Assembly: GCA_030704615.1 (NCBI GenBank)
Contig: CM060731.1
Location: 63,612,001 to 63,676,000 of the forward strand
DNA from: Takakia lepidozioides
Lineage: Eukaryota > Plantae > Bryophyta
Direction: 5' to 3'
Length of the DNA: 64,000 nt
The notes beneath the pieces were generated by a model. That model was not told where the DNA came from and did no database searches. It worked only from the letters and a program-made list of their open reading frames with translations. The position numbers and the translations under genes were made by a program. Below, piece after piece: positions 39,101 through 50,834 of the stretch. Numbering within the stretch: position 1 is the first letter of the stretch; each line of letters begins with the position of its first letter.

Positions 39101-40770
39101 TGTACACCACTTCACAAGACCCGCAAATACCTATCACTTTCTACCATCAACTGGACCGGATCCTAAAACATTTATTTGGTCACACAGCCACGGTTCATCC
39201 GCCTATCCAAATTCCCATCAAATATCCCCGAATCAATCCGGACAAGCCATGGAGACATGTGACCCCTAGGCCTCTTTGGGCAGCGAGACCAAAAACCTTT
39301 GCTATACCACTCCCAGATTTCATGGAACCCACAACCTTAAAATTCCAACCACAGAAATGCATATATACTGATGGCTCCTTAAAAGATGCCCAAGCGGGTT
39401 ATGGTATATATTTGGTTGGCACCAATACCAAAATATATAGCCGTCTCCTTGGTTGCCAGAATATCCTAAGAGCGGAGCTTATGGCTATACATGATGTTCT
39501 CAAGTCTCTCCCCTATCAACCTACTTCAACATACTATTTATTTACAGACAGCTTGGTCTCCCTATACCTTCTCACCAACCAAATTTGCATGCCATCATCA
39601 CAGATTCACCATCCTGATATTACACTTATAAAAGGAATCGTCGACGTTGTATCATCTTTACCGCTGCAAAAACATATACACAAAGTTCAATCTCACACAG
39701 ACATAATAGGTAATGACATAGCAAACCATCTTGCCCAACTTGGTGCTATTCAGCCAATCATCAACCCCTCGACCAGCCCTATCCACCGGTCGCACACATA
39801 CCCGTTTTGGCTCATATCAACAAGGGCTAGATTCCTGACCATAGCACCTATACGGAATCTGCACACACACATTCAAGGCGAGACCAAACTACTCATACAA
39901 GAATCCCGCACCTACAGAAATTCGTACATATCTAAGTGGGTCTCGTCCCCACACCTGCTACATAGTACGTCCAATCATTTTTTAACATCCCCAAGGTTAC
40001 TGATGCACAAATCAAACAAACTTTGAAATTTCGGTATGGTCAATACATGGGCAATCAATGACGGAACTTGTTCTGGCCATTATTATACCCCAATAAACAT
40101 TGCGTGTTATGTTCATCCCAAAATCCCCAAATAGATACATGGCCACACTTACTTCTCCACTGCAACCACCCCATATAACTACATGGGTTGCGGGTAACCA
40201 GACATAACCAAGGGGTTAGACAACTCCACAAAATTCTCACTTCACATCCAAAATCCAGATGGTTTAACCTCATCAATGCAGGCACATTCCAAGGTCGCCC
40301 ACCGGACCACACCATACCCCCATGGCTGCTACCGTGTATATGCTCCCAAGGACACCCGTGCCTTTGTCTAGCAAGACTATGCCCAGATATTTTGCTAGTC
40401 CAGGGACTTCCTATACAGGCATTGCCACCGACACAACCGCTTCCATCTCTCAAAATACATTTTTTGGAATTTGCATTCTGCCATGATCGAAATCCAGATC
40501 AATCAATTATGTACAAACATGAAAAATATGACCCAATCATACATGCCCTCCGTCATAGAGGAACACGGCACCTCTGACCGTCATCACTGCGGGTGTCAGG
40601 GGCGGTGCTCATACCCATAATATCCAAGGTTTGAAAGATAATCTTAACCTACCACCCAAATACACTACACCTCTACTACGAGCGTTACATTCACGGCTAT
40701 TTCATCACTCACATCCCTAATCCTCAATAAACGTAAGATTGAAAGTGGCCAGCTAGCCACTGTGTGACAG
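36104..40770 (+). mobile_element. Dualen/RandI-like non-LTR retrotransposon (APE, RT, PCIF1-like MTase fold, RNase H, CCHC, RLE), degenerate with internal RT deletion
   Basis: APE TWNV, LQETK, AGDFN, SDH; RT PDNIPNE, GNYRPIAL, QGDTLSP; RNase H YTDGS, RAELMAI, FTDS, SHTDIIGND; CVLC...HLLLHC; RHN...PDILL...LEF...K..KY. Confidence 0.85.
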
Positions 40771-41177
40771 GTTATAGTTCGGATAGAGCCCACCCCTCAA
40801 AGGGGGCAGTACCCGGGCAACGACGCAATGGCGTGAGCGTTGCACGTGAGCGCGCGAGCGTACGCTCACGCAGGAGTGACGTGGCGTGAGCCTGCACACA
40901 TGCTGACGTGGCGTGAGCGTCATGTCAGCATGCTGATGTGGCGGTAAATGATGACATGGCACTGTCCGTCAACTGCCACGTCAGCATTAACATGTGCATA
41001 GGGACAGCAAGACATGTAGACTTCGAACGGTGCAATGACAAATGTGCACTACCTAAAAGTTGTCACTCAGAGCTCACTCCGTATAATTGGAGGCCATATC
41101 ATTGCACAGCCGACGAATTGATGTGAATTACACATTTCAAATCATGGTCATCCACATACCACATTACATAGTTCATG

Positions 41178-44100
41178 CTACCCATGTGTTGTATCCCGCT
41201 GCAAAAGAGTATCGACCTCGTTGAAACTCATAGTGGCCTGGTGAATGAAGTTGTCACGTTTGGGATCGCAAACCATCCTCCTCAAAAATATGAAATACAA
41301 ATGTTTGCAGGGTATGAATTTACCTCTCTTGCCCAAACTGGTTGATAGCATATTCACAAAATCAGGACATGTGCAATTGGGGAAATTGGAAACCGTGATG
41401 TCGTAGGTCCTGTCATGAACAGCAGATGTGGAAGTGATGATTGTGAATACCCGACCATATCCTGGATCGGGTACTTCCGTGGTGCTTCCGACACGAGCTT
41501 GGAGCATTCTTGCGGACTCCACTTTGCCAAAGTGTTCAGCGGTTGGAGGGAAACGCCGAACGAGCTTTCCATCTCGTTTGGTTGGCCACAAGTCAAGATT
41601 TGCCGGGGGGACCCGAGAGGACGCAGAAGTAGTAGCACATGCATGGAGTTGGGGTTGTCTCACAAGGGAAAAACCTGTCTCCTCCAACATTTCAATCTCC
41701 TGAAAGCTGAGATGTGTTCCCACCTTCACGGGCCAAACGGTTGGAGGAGATGGCTTCATCACTACGGAAGGACGCACAGTTCCATGCACACATCTGGCAC
41801 AATCATCTGCGCAGAACCAGAACTTGTGGTTCTTGGCTTCTGGTTGACCGTATGGACGCATCAAGCCCGTGAAAGTCGGAGCAGGAGTTCGGGCACCACC
41901 TCTGGATATAAATGAAGTGCACTTCTCGAAATTAGTTGCCCTGATCGCTGTACATTCACACGAGACCCGACACTTGTGCGTTCTATGTGCCAAACGTGGT
42001 CGGGGCATGCGGACTCAAGCACATCAAGGGGGTTGTTTCTCTCCTGCACCATTTCAGTGGCACGGTTTGATGCTGGAGCTTGCCGTCGTGTTGGAGGTTC
42101 CTCCACAATGGAGGTTCCGGACATGGAGCTGTCATGCAGGGGAACACGAGGCTTCGAGAAGTTATCACGGTCTGCCCTGTGGGAATCTGAATCCGAACCA
42201 GGTGGAGTGTTCAATTTCTTCTTACAGGAGCCGAATCTCTCCTCCCCTTCAAGATGTGGAACTCTAGAAACAAGTGGCGTTCCCTGGGCATACATGCTCA
42301 CCGCCCGTGCTATCTTGATTGGATCCCCAGATCTGTTTGCAGCACGCAGCATCAACTCCCATTTGTCCGGACCCTTGCCACCAACCCCACCTCGTAAGAA
42401 ATCACGGTATCGGGTTTGTTGTTGCAAGGCACGTATCAAATCATCTGTTGTTGCCACATACAAATCCCGACCTCGTTTCCCAGACTGCTGCAACCATGCA
42501 TTGTGCACAGTTTCTGCCAAATTGCAAGATGGCATGTCCGCCATTTCCTCAATGGACATGTTCCGCAAAGAGGATAACCACACTTCAGAACAGTGCACAG
42601 GAAACAACATAAAGAAAGCAATGAGTCAAAAATATGGAAAGCAAATGTATGAATAAAGCATGAAATAGAAGCCTCGTACCATTGTCATGGCTGCTCCCCA
42701 CTGTCTATACCGGAAGTGCCAAAACGCCAGCCAATCTTCCAATGCTCTCATACTCTCAAGTGATGCAGCTCCAGAAGAGAACCACCAGGCACGAATTGTC
42801 TGGAACAAAGTGTCCGCCTCCTTCATTGTTCAAGCATCTTTGTACTCTTTGCACAATTTACGGTGCTGAGTCTGCATCTCTGGTTTGATGTCCGACTTTG
42901 TATGTTTTTCCAGAGATTGTGTCCAATGGAATAGACATGTACGCTCTCTTCCTGGCATAGGCACTTTTGGGTCGCCCGATCCGAAGACAACACGAATAGC
43001 ATTGAAATTTGCTTGAGCACTATCCGCCATGAAACCTGCGAAATTTGGAGATGGCAGCCCATGGCAGCCCATGACACGTATCAGGGAATTCCACATGAGC
43101 TTCTGGGATTCCGTATCCTCGGATTGCATGTCACAAACTGCAATTGTCATAACTCGTTGGTACACTGGATCGTAGACATGACAAGCCATTGTCGTCCAAT
43201 CCTTCACTCGTTTCACATGATCAAACATAAGAAAACAGTTCTGCAAGTCCCCAGTCTTTTGCATCCGCTTCACGAGGCTAACCCCACTGCCCTCCCCAAC
43301 AGTCGACATTTTGAAAAGAAATACTTTGATGGCACCTTGACCTGGGAATACATTGTCCTGGATGTAATCGTACTTGCTCACTCGTTTCAATTCCAAAATA
43401 TTGTCTATGTAGCCTCTGATCCCAGAGCCCATTCTCAATGCATTGATCTGATGCCGAATGTTAGGTGAACTTAAAGTGGAGAAATGATCCATGACCAGGT
43501 CCAATGCTGCACCGTCAAGTTTAGTCCCCACAGAATCTCCTTCACTCAAAATATGGCTTTCCAAGAAGGACTTGCTTGCGCCAAGAGCAATTGCAGATGT
43601 TGTTGCGGATGGGTTTCTCCCGAACTCCTGTTTGATCAACCTCGATACTGTCTCAACACTCTCCCTGTAATCCCCCTTCGAGACAGGATGGTTATGGAAT
43701 CCAAAATGCACACAAGCTCTCGTCATTGTATTCAAACGGTGGACAACATAGTACATTCTTGCTCCGCAGAGCGCCAAACAGGATGGCACAAGTTTGCAGA
43801 ATTTGCAGACGAAAGTGTTTGCCGGTGGAGGGGCAGTCCCAGGCTGAAATGGATTTTCCGCCAGACCCTCCCATTTGCTTTGATTATGAACCCCAGACTG
43901 AAGAAAGTGTCTGCAATTCGAATTATCACACCTAAGGTGTCCATTGCAAACTGTCCTCCTGAAAACAAGCTTGTCATCATTATGAATATTGGATGTTTTT
44001 GTTCTGCACCACGGGTGCCCGTCGTGTTTCTTGTCCATTCCATGCATCATGATTGTTACACCTCCAACTCGCGGAGGAGGAGGCAGCTCAATAGGATATC

Positions 44101-44691
44101 GCCATCAAAAGTCTCCGGCAAGAACTTCACAGGCACTTGCTTCAAAGATTCCCAATCAATTCCCCGCAACTCACTTTTAAATCCAGCCATTCCTCCCATT
44201 GCTCGCAATTTTGGAATGACACTACAAATCTCTTCTTCATCAGCTTCTCTAATCACAGTAGGAAGGACTGGATTTGGAATTTCACTTATGTCATCATCGG
44301 AAGAATCCGAAAGCTCAACGATTGGAGTGGAGGACGTCTGTTCTTTTTTCACCACCACCTCCCTCTTGTCTTCAACGACCGAAGCAGCAGTCCCGGGCGT
44401 CACATATGACCCAAGGGACTTTCGCCGAGGCTCTCCAAGTACTCTGTATCGACCAGGACGCACTCTCCACTGGCTGATATGAGCCGTCTCATCACGGTTT
44501 GGGAAAGAATATTTCACCAACTTCCCTTTCAGATCGTAAACCTCTTTCTCCAAAAAGATGGAGCCATTCTGCAGCTGAAAACGGGTAGCCAAGACATGTT
44601 CCAGAACAATTGCAAATCCATTGTCAAGGACTTCCTGGGAGAACGGCACTGGTTTGTCGTCTGAGAAGAACTCCGCTTCAGAGGAAGCCAT
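41178..44691 (-). pseudogene. MULE-family transposase with GCM-type DNA-binding domain and C-terminal SWIM finger
   Basis: ORFs 44056-44691, 42830-44050, 42626-42826, 41861-42610 and 41178-42008 joined by frameshifts and one intron; DGHPW...C.G.L.C....C...CKFC...C...GFHNHP (GCM/WRKY); MFDH, FMADS, CLFH, NLAETVH (DDE + CxxH); CTCPDF...PCKH (SWIM). Confidence 0.85.
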
Positions 44692-46249
44692 CTTCCTTCC
44701 TCGAGTATGTTTGTACCTTGCTATCGCAGATCTAGTGTAAATCGGTTTACTGCTGTCTCCAGAACACAGTTGAAGAATGAGCAGAGAATATGGCGGAGGA
44801 AGCTCAGATAACGACTGTGCATATTATGTTATTCTTTCCAGATATGCAGCCGTCCATTTTAATTACTTTTCTTGTGGGCCCAGTGGTCAGAGTATCCCTA
44901 GGGGCAGTGTCGGCAACTGTTAAACCGTTAATCAGAACCTCATCAATAAACCCAATAACAAAGCCGACTTCCTGGAAGCATGCCACAAGATCTGAGAATG
45001 GGATTGCAGATTAAGTAAATGTATCTATATACTACTACCAATGATCCTGCGCACCTGGAAAGTTCCAAATGTGAAACGAATGTGGGGTTTGGCTAACAAG
45101 GATGACCGTGTATGATATTCCAAAATTTGTCATCAAACTCTCGTTCATTTATATTTATTTGTTTAAGACTGCGCATCAATTTCTGGATTCGCTGTTATTT
45201 TAAATATTGAACCCGTTCTAATAAAGAACACGCCGTTTTTTTTGGGCGGCACACGTCAGACATCCATAACTGAATACGAACAGCTGTACACCAATTGCTG
45301 GCATGTGCACTAATAAGGAAACGACTATTGTGTAACAGTCATGCGGGAGGGAATCCGATGCTTCTAGAGACACGCAAGAACGCAGGCAATCCCGCAAGAA
45401 ATCGGGAGTCACTGCGTTTTTTCTACTTTTCGCGCTTAGAGGGGAGTGGTAGTCAAGCTGGAGAGGGTTCCTTCTAGAATACGAAAGAGCAGAAAGTCTC
45501 TTTATTTTACTTCCCTTAGAGAGAGACGCAAGCAAGAGAGAAAATGACAAGGCGTCGGTTGTTGGGAGAACACAGGGCCAAGGTAGCAGGTGAACGCGGA
45601 GACTGATTCACAAGAGCAGACGGAGACTGAGGCAGCGGCTGCGACACAGTCGGCGATAAGAGTGCGCAGCCTGTGGAGGCAGAGATGATTCGCAGGGACA
45701 CTGAAGAAGGTGGAAGCACGCGGAACGCCGAACCTGGAGAAGGTCAAGAAACCCTGCGCAGACAGAAACTCCAGCAGATGCTGAGAGGAAAGAGGAAAGC
45801 TGCTGAAGGGATCATTTCAAAACTAAGAAGGGCCAATAAGTTTTATCATATAGTCTGTCTGATTGCCTTTCAAGGAGTCCTTCCTCTTCCCTTCTTTAGC
45901 AGGAACTACTGAATATGCCGAGCGTCGTTAACGCCATTCGATTTCTCCTCATTGCAGATTTATGTACCTATGTGTTTGAAGAGAGAGTCTGCACTTACTA
46001 TTCTCCCTAAACTACACTGAATGTCGTTGCGCCAATCAGTTGCACAGTATGTCATTACACAACACCGATCCGGCAGGTCGTTATCTTTTGTGATTGTCGT
46101 TAACGCCGTTCGCTATCGCTCTCGCTTTTGTTTTGAATACGGCAGTCTCAGCTTTGCATGTGTAGATTGTGCTGAATTCTTTCACACCATTCATGGTGAG
46201 TTTCCTTGATACAGAGTGATGGTCGTTACCGCCATTCACTATTTGCAAA

Positions 46250-49200
46250 TCACTCAGTCAGAACTGAATGGCATCGTGCAGAAAACTGTGAGGTCGAAGC
46301 CTACAGGATCAGAGGGGAAAGGATCTGGAGATGGGGACGAGTCCGCAAAAAGCTCAGAGAATACAGATGAAGCAGATGAATCCGAAGTGCACTACCTTGA
46401 CAAGGTGAAAGAACTCATGTCATTCCAGAAGGTAAACTCTCAGGAGGTTATAAGGGACATGCTCGTATCTGGAGGGCGTCTGGACATACCTCTGTGCCGG
46501 ATGATATCAATGCCTGTTGTGCGTCCACCTCTTTCCATGACATAACAAAATTGGAGAGTGATTTTGTGCATGGATATAGACTTGGTGCACAAGTTTTTTA
46601 TGTGTCACTGACGGATATAAATGGGAAAAGCACATTAGTGTCTCCAGAGATCAGTGATAACTGGGATGAGTGCTGGAAAGATGCCAATGAGGAGTTCGAG
46701 CTGGGCCTCATGATGGGAAAGAACACCCAGCAATTCTGCAACCACATGTTCTACGTCTGGGACGGCAACCACCGATTGCTGGCATGGATGGGATACATTC
46801 AGAAACACCATTCGAAAGACAAAGACAAGCATGTTGCTGTGGAGGCAATGGTTTTGGATCCAGGAAACGACATCGCTAGGCTTCTTACAGCTATGCACGA
46901 CGTGAACAAGTAAGTCATCCAGGAGATTTCATTCCCTCTGTAGTGTCTTGTTAATCCTCAAAAAACAGTGTTAAGGAATGCAATGTTTCCAATGTTTTTG
47001 CAGATCGACAGAGAAATCGCATGTGACAACAAGCTGGTTCACACACTATTCCGAATTCAGAGGATTGGTCTGATGAAGCTGGATGATTTTCGGACAGTAC
47101 TACCACCCAATATCATCAAGAAGTGCGAAACAGGAAGAGCTGCAGGCACTTGGTATTCTTTGACACGAGAGGCGTTTCTGGAGTAGTACATGTATGCGGT
47201 AAGCCCGAGTCTGTAATCTGTTTACTTTTCGAATACATGTTTGTAGTCCCTTCGGAGCTAATCACTACTTGAATGAATGCAGCAAGAACTGGCAGAGGCA
47301 GCTGAGAAGGGAAAATCCGAATATTACCGCACTACACCAGAAGAACTAAGGACATCAAAGGGTGTGGAAGCTGCAATAAAGAAGGAGTTTGAAATGCGAA
47401 GAACCAATTGATGTCAGCCTTCGGAAAGCAGCTTAGAATAGTAGATCCTGGACTTGGTCCTGAGTTCCTTCAGCAGATCAAAACACACTATGACAAGCAT
47501 GTGCATCCGGAGATGCAGCAGGAGAAATTGCACCGGCTGGCCATATCGATGGTCGACCCACAAACAAAAATAAGGTGGCTGGAGATATGGAACTCAGATC
47601 AAACAGTAAAGGACTTGAATCAGTTCCCAAAGAGCACCATACAGCCTGGCACAAAGGTGGAAGGAATCAGTGATTTGGTGTTTGATAACTGGCTCCACAA
47701 GGCTACATTTTGGAGTCAGGTGTGTATTCGAACATGCTGTTTTCTTCTCTTCAAGTATGTGATGTGTATCTTTTTTGCAATTCTGACAAATATACTATTT
47801 GCAGCTCGAAAAGCGCGCCGTCATTGTGCTGGATCAGACTTTGAAGGACCTGAACATTGCGATTGTTTCCCCTCCCCAAATGTCATTGGAGGCATACATA
47901 AGGAAGTGGAGAGGTCTCACCTGGAGATACTGTTTTTTCCGGGAGTTCTCCAAAGATGGTAACATTTTACGGCCAACGACTTTGACAGTCAGGTTGGAGG
48001 AGAGTGGGCCATGATGCGAGTTGTGTACAGGTGCAATGTCATACTTGAAACTCTACTGTTTTTTGGGAAAAAATGTGGCTTCATATGGATTGCAATCTTA
48101 GATCCAGATTGAATGTCGTTGACGACATTCACTTCTTTGTCTAAGTCATTCTTAAGCGAGTATATGAATTCACCTGGTTAGGATCTAAGGGTGCAATTAT
48201 ATTGTCCCTGATTAGAATTGATAATGTCCTTGAATGGCGTTGACGACATTCACATACGGAGTTGTTGAGAGGTCCTCAGAGTTATTTAAATTTTTGTAAT
48301 GTCCATAGAGGTTACAGTGAGGGTTCCTCACTTCATTTTGCTGAATGTCAATGCAGACATTCAGTTGTTCTGCATTGTTTTTGCCTCTTGCGATGAATGT
48401 GGAGGCTTGATAAGCTCTGTTTTAAGAAATCCAAAGTGAATGTCGTTGACGACATTCACAGCTGTGTCTGTATTATTCAACAGCGACAAATTCAATTTAC
48501 ATGGATTGGGGAGCTAAGTAATTGGTTTCTTTTTTGTATTTTTGTGAATGGCGTTGACGCCATTCACATACAGTGATGTTGTGAGGTCCTCAGTGATAGG
48601 TTCGTTATGAATGTGCATTGAGTTTCCTGGAGGGTTCCTTACTCAATTTTTTGATTTCCATCCTGTGATTTTGCTTCATTTAAGTAATAATTTGGCTTCA
48701 TTAGTGAATGTCGTTGACGACATTCACTTCTATGTCTGTGTCATTTCTAAACGATATTTGCATTCACCTGGATTAGGGTGTATTTACAGTGTCATTGAAT
48801 GGAATGTTCTGAATGGCGTTGACGACATTCATATCTGGAGCAGTAGTGTGGTCCTGAAAGGTCCTTGGAGCAGTTCTCAGAGCCATTTCAATCTATGTTT
48901 TATTCTTTCTGTTCTACTTGCATCTTACTCACTGAGCGCTTTTGTGGGTTGGGATTTCTCCTTTTTTCAGGTACACGAAATATGTGCTTATGGAAGGAAA
49001 TCACCTGAGCGGAATTCCCGACTATCTTGACATGTGGTCGGACCCTGCAAACGATCCAACCATGTATACTGCAGGGATTGAAGGACTGGAGTCCTTCTCA
49101 CTTCAGAGACTGTGGTACCTTGACTGCCCACCTGAGCACACGACCTTTCAAGAACAGCATATGAAATACTTGAACAATAACGCTGAGATGCTGGCGCCTT

Positions 49201-50834
49201 TGACTGACGAAGAGTATCAACGAAACATAGCAACATTGGCTGCAAGGAGCCTGATGCTCAGGGAACGCCGCAGAAGGGAAAGAAGGCGGGCCGCAAACCA
49301 AAAGACAAGGCTGTTGATGTCATAGCCATCTCACCAGCAAAGCCAAAGGACAAAGACAAGTCCAAAGAGAAGGAAAAGGACAAGGGGAAGGAGAATGAAA
49401 AGGAGATGGAGAGTGGGCAGGACTTTACTGCTGGAAGATATACCCGCACTCTTCAGTGCGTGTTCGATGCCAAGCCACACCCTTCCCGTTCTGATTCAGC
49501 AGGAGAGATGAAAATTGTTAATGAGGGTTGGCTTTCGATGATGCAGAGTCGAAAGAGAGGATACACTGGGGTGCCATCCCCTACCTGGGACAATATAATC
49601 TCATTCCTCAATCTGGTGAGAATTCCAGTTTCTTTCCTTTTTCTCTGAAAGTTTCGTTGGCAGTATTTCAGTCTCGTTCTTTGAAAACAATCTTGCCATC
49701 GTTCTTATAAAAAAACATGTCTGTTGCAGGTGAGCACAGGTCCCACCTTCGTGTGCGGTGTGCAGAAAACTTATGCGGCCGACATTGTCATTCTCGACAT
49801 CCCGGATGGCCAGGCTGTGCCAGAAGTTCTTCCAAAGGGCAAGACGCCAGGCTGGAACAAATTCGAGGACAACTACTGGAGTTGGGTGTTCGGGTTCTGT
49901 AACAATTTCCTCTCTGATGCAGGGACACTTCTGCTTTTTCAGTCATGTGACAATGATAGTCGTCGGGCATTGGCATCATACCTCAAGTCTTCAGGGTTTG
50001 AAGTTTTGCGCACATGGAATTGTGTGAACAGCCTCTACCTTGTGAAAGGGGGTTTCCCTGGTCAGCTGGTATGCCGTCTCCCTTCTGCTTTGCTTTGATC
50101 ATGAGTTTCAATTTTCTCTGCAGCTCCACTCTAGTAGAATGTTTTATGATCGACACCGATCATCAACGATTCATGATTTTTTTGTGTCAGAGTTCTGAAT
50201 AGCCGATGTACACACTTCCACTATAGATTGTGTTTACCACACTAACCTGCTATCTTTGCAGACGAGGATGTTCGAGCGATCTGCCTGCGGAGGATTCGCA
50301 CATCAAAGACACCATCCTCCATCCGCAGCTTTGAGATTTCTGACCAGGGTTGTTTCGTCAAACCCCCCTATGAGCCCCATGTCGATGACATTTTGTACAA
50401 CTTCATGCAGTCCAGTCAGACTCTGAAGAGACCAGATGGCACTCCCTGGAGAGGTGCAAAGGAAAAGTCACCAGCATTCATGCAAATACTGCTGGAGTCA
50501 TGCAGCCACCGCTCTGCACGGGTGGTCGATCTTTCTGTGTCCACAGGTTCGTTTTTTCCCTTCCGAATTGGTTTCCTTTCAACAGTTTCATCTGCTTAAA
50601 TCCCCCCCTCCAAACTGTTCATGTTATCCTGTCTGGTGCAGGAGCAACTTACCACGCATGCAAGGCAGGCGGAAGAAGCCTTTTGGCATGGAGGGTGATT
50701 CTGACCTCTACAACACCGTGCTCCTCCCCCTTTTGTCTGGCTCCACTTCAGGCACACAGACTGATCGGATTCAAATTCGAAATGATGACGATCCCGAAGA
50801 TAAGCAGGTCGACAACGACTTTTCATGTGAGTAA
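46250..50834 (+). pseudogene. Spliced ParB/Srx-domain plus beta-class N4C/N6A DNA methyltransferase-like gene
   Basis: Exons approx. 46250-46909, 47004-47198, 47283-47719, 47805-48030, 48971-49615, 49730-50068, 50262-50546, 50642-50834 with GT-AG; VWDGNHRLLAW at ~46761; DIVILDIPDG at ~49796; FLSDAGTLLLF; EKSPAFMQILLESCS...VVDLSVSTG/ATYHAC...GR; frameshifts and stops. Confidence 0.75.
48110..48831. repeat. Intronic array of seven 22-bp palindromes (TGAATGKCGTTGACGMCATTCA)
   Basis: Copies start at 48110, 48231, 48342 (variant centre), 48437, 48545, 48705, 48810. Confidence 0.92.

Noticed and set aside
40765-40790. Target-site duplication for the Mutator-like element
   Set aside because: No matching 8-11 bp direct repeat found by eye at any plausible pair of ends.
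43484-44482. 332-aa plus-strand ORF (also 41976-42656)
   Set aside because: Antisense shadows of the transposase with no recognisable motifs.
48110-48831. CRISPR array
   Set aside because: Spacers are 70-140 bp and related to one another, the context is a spliceosomal intron, and no cas genes are present; kept as a palindrome array.
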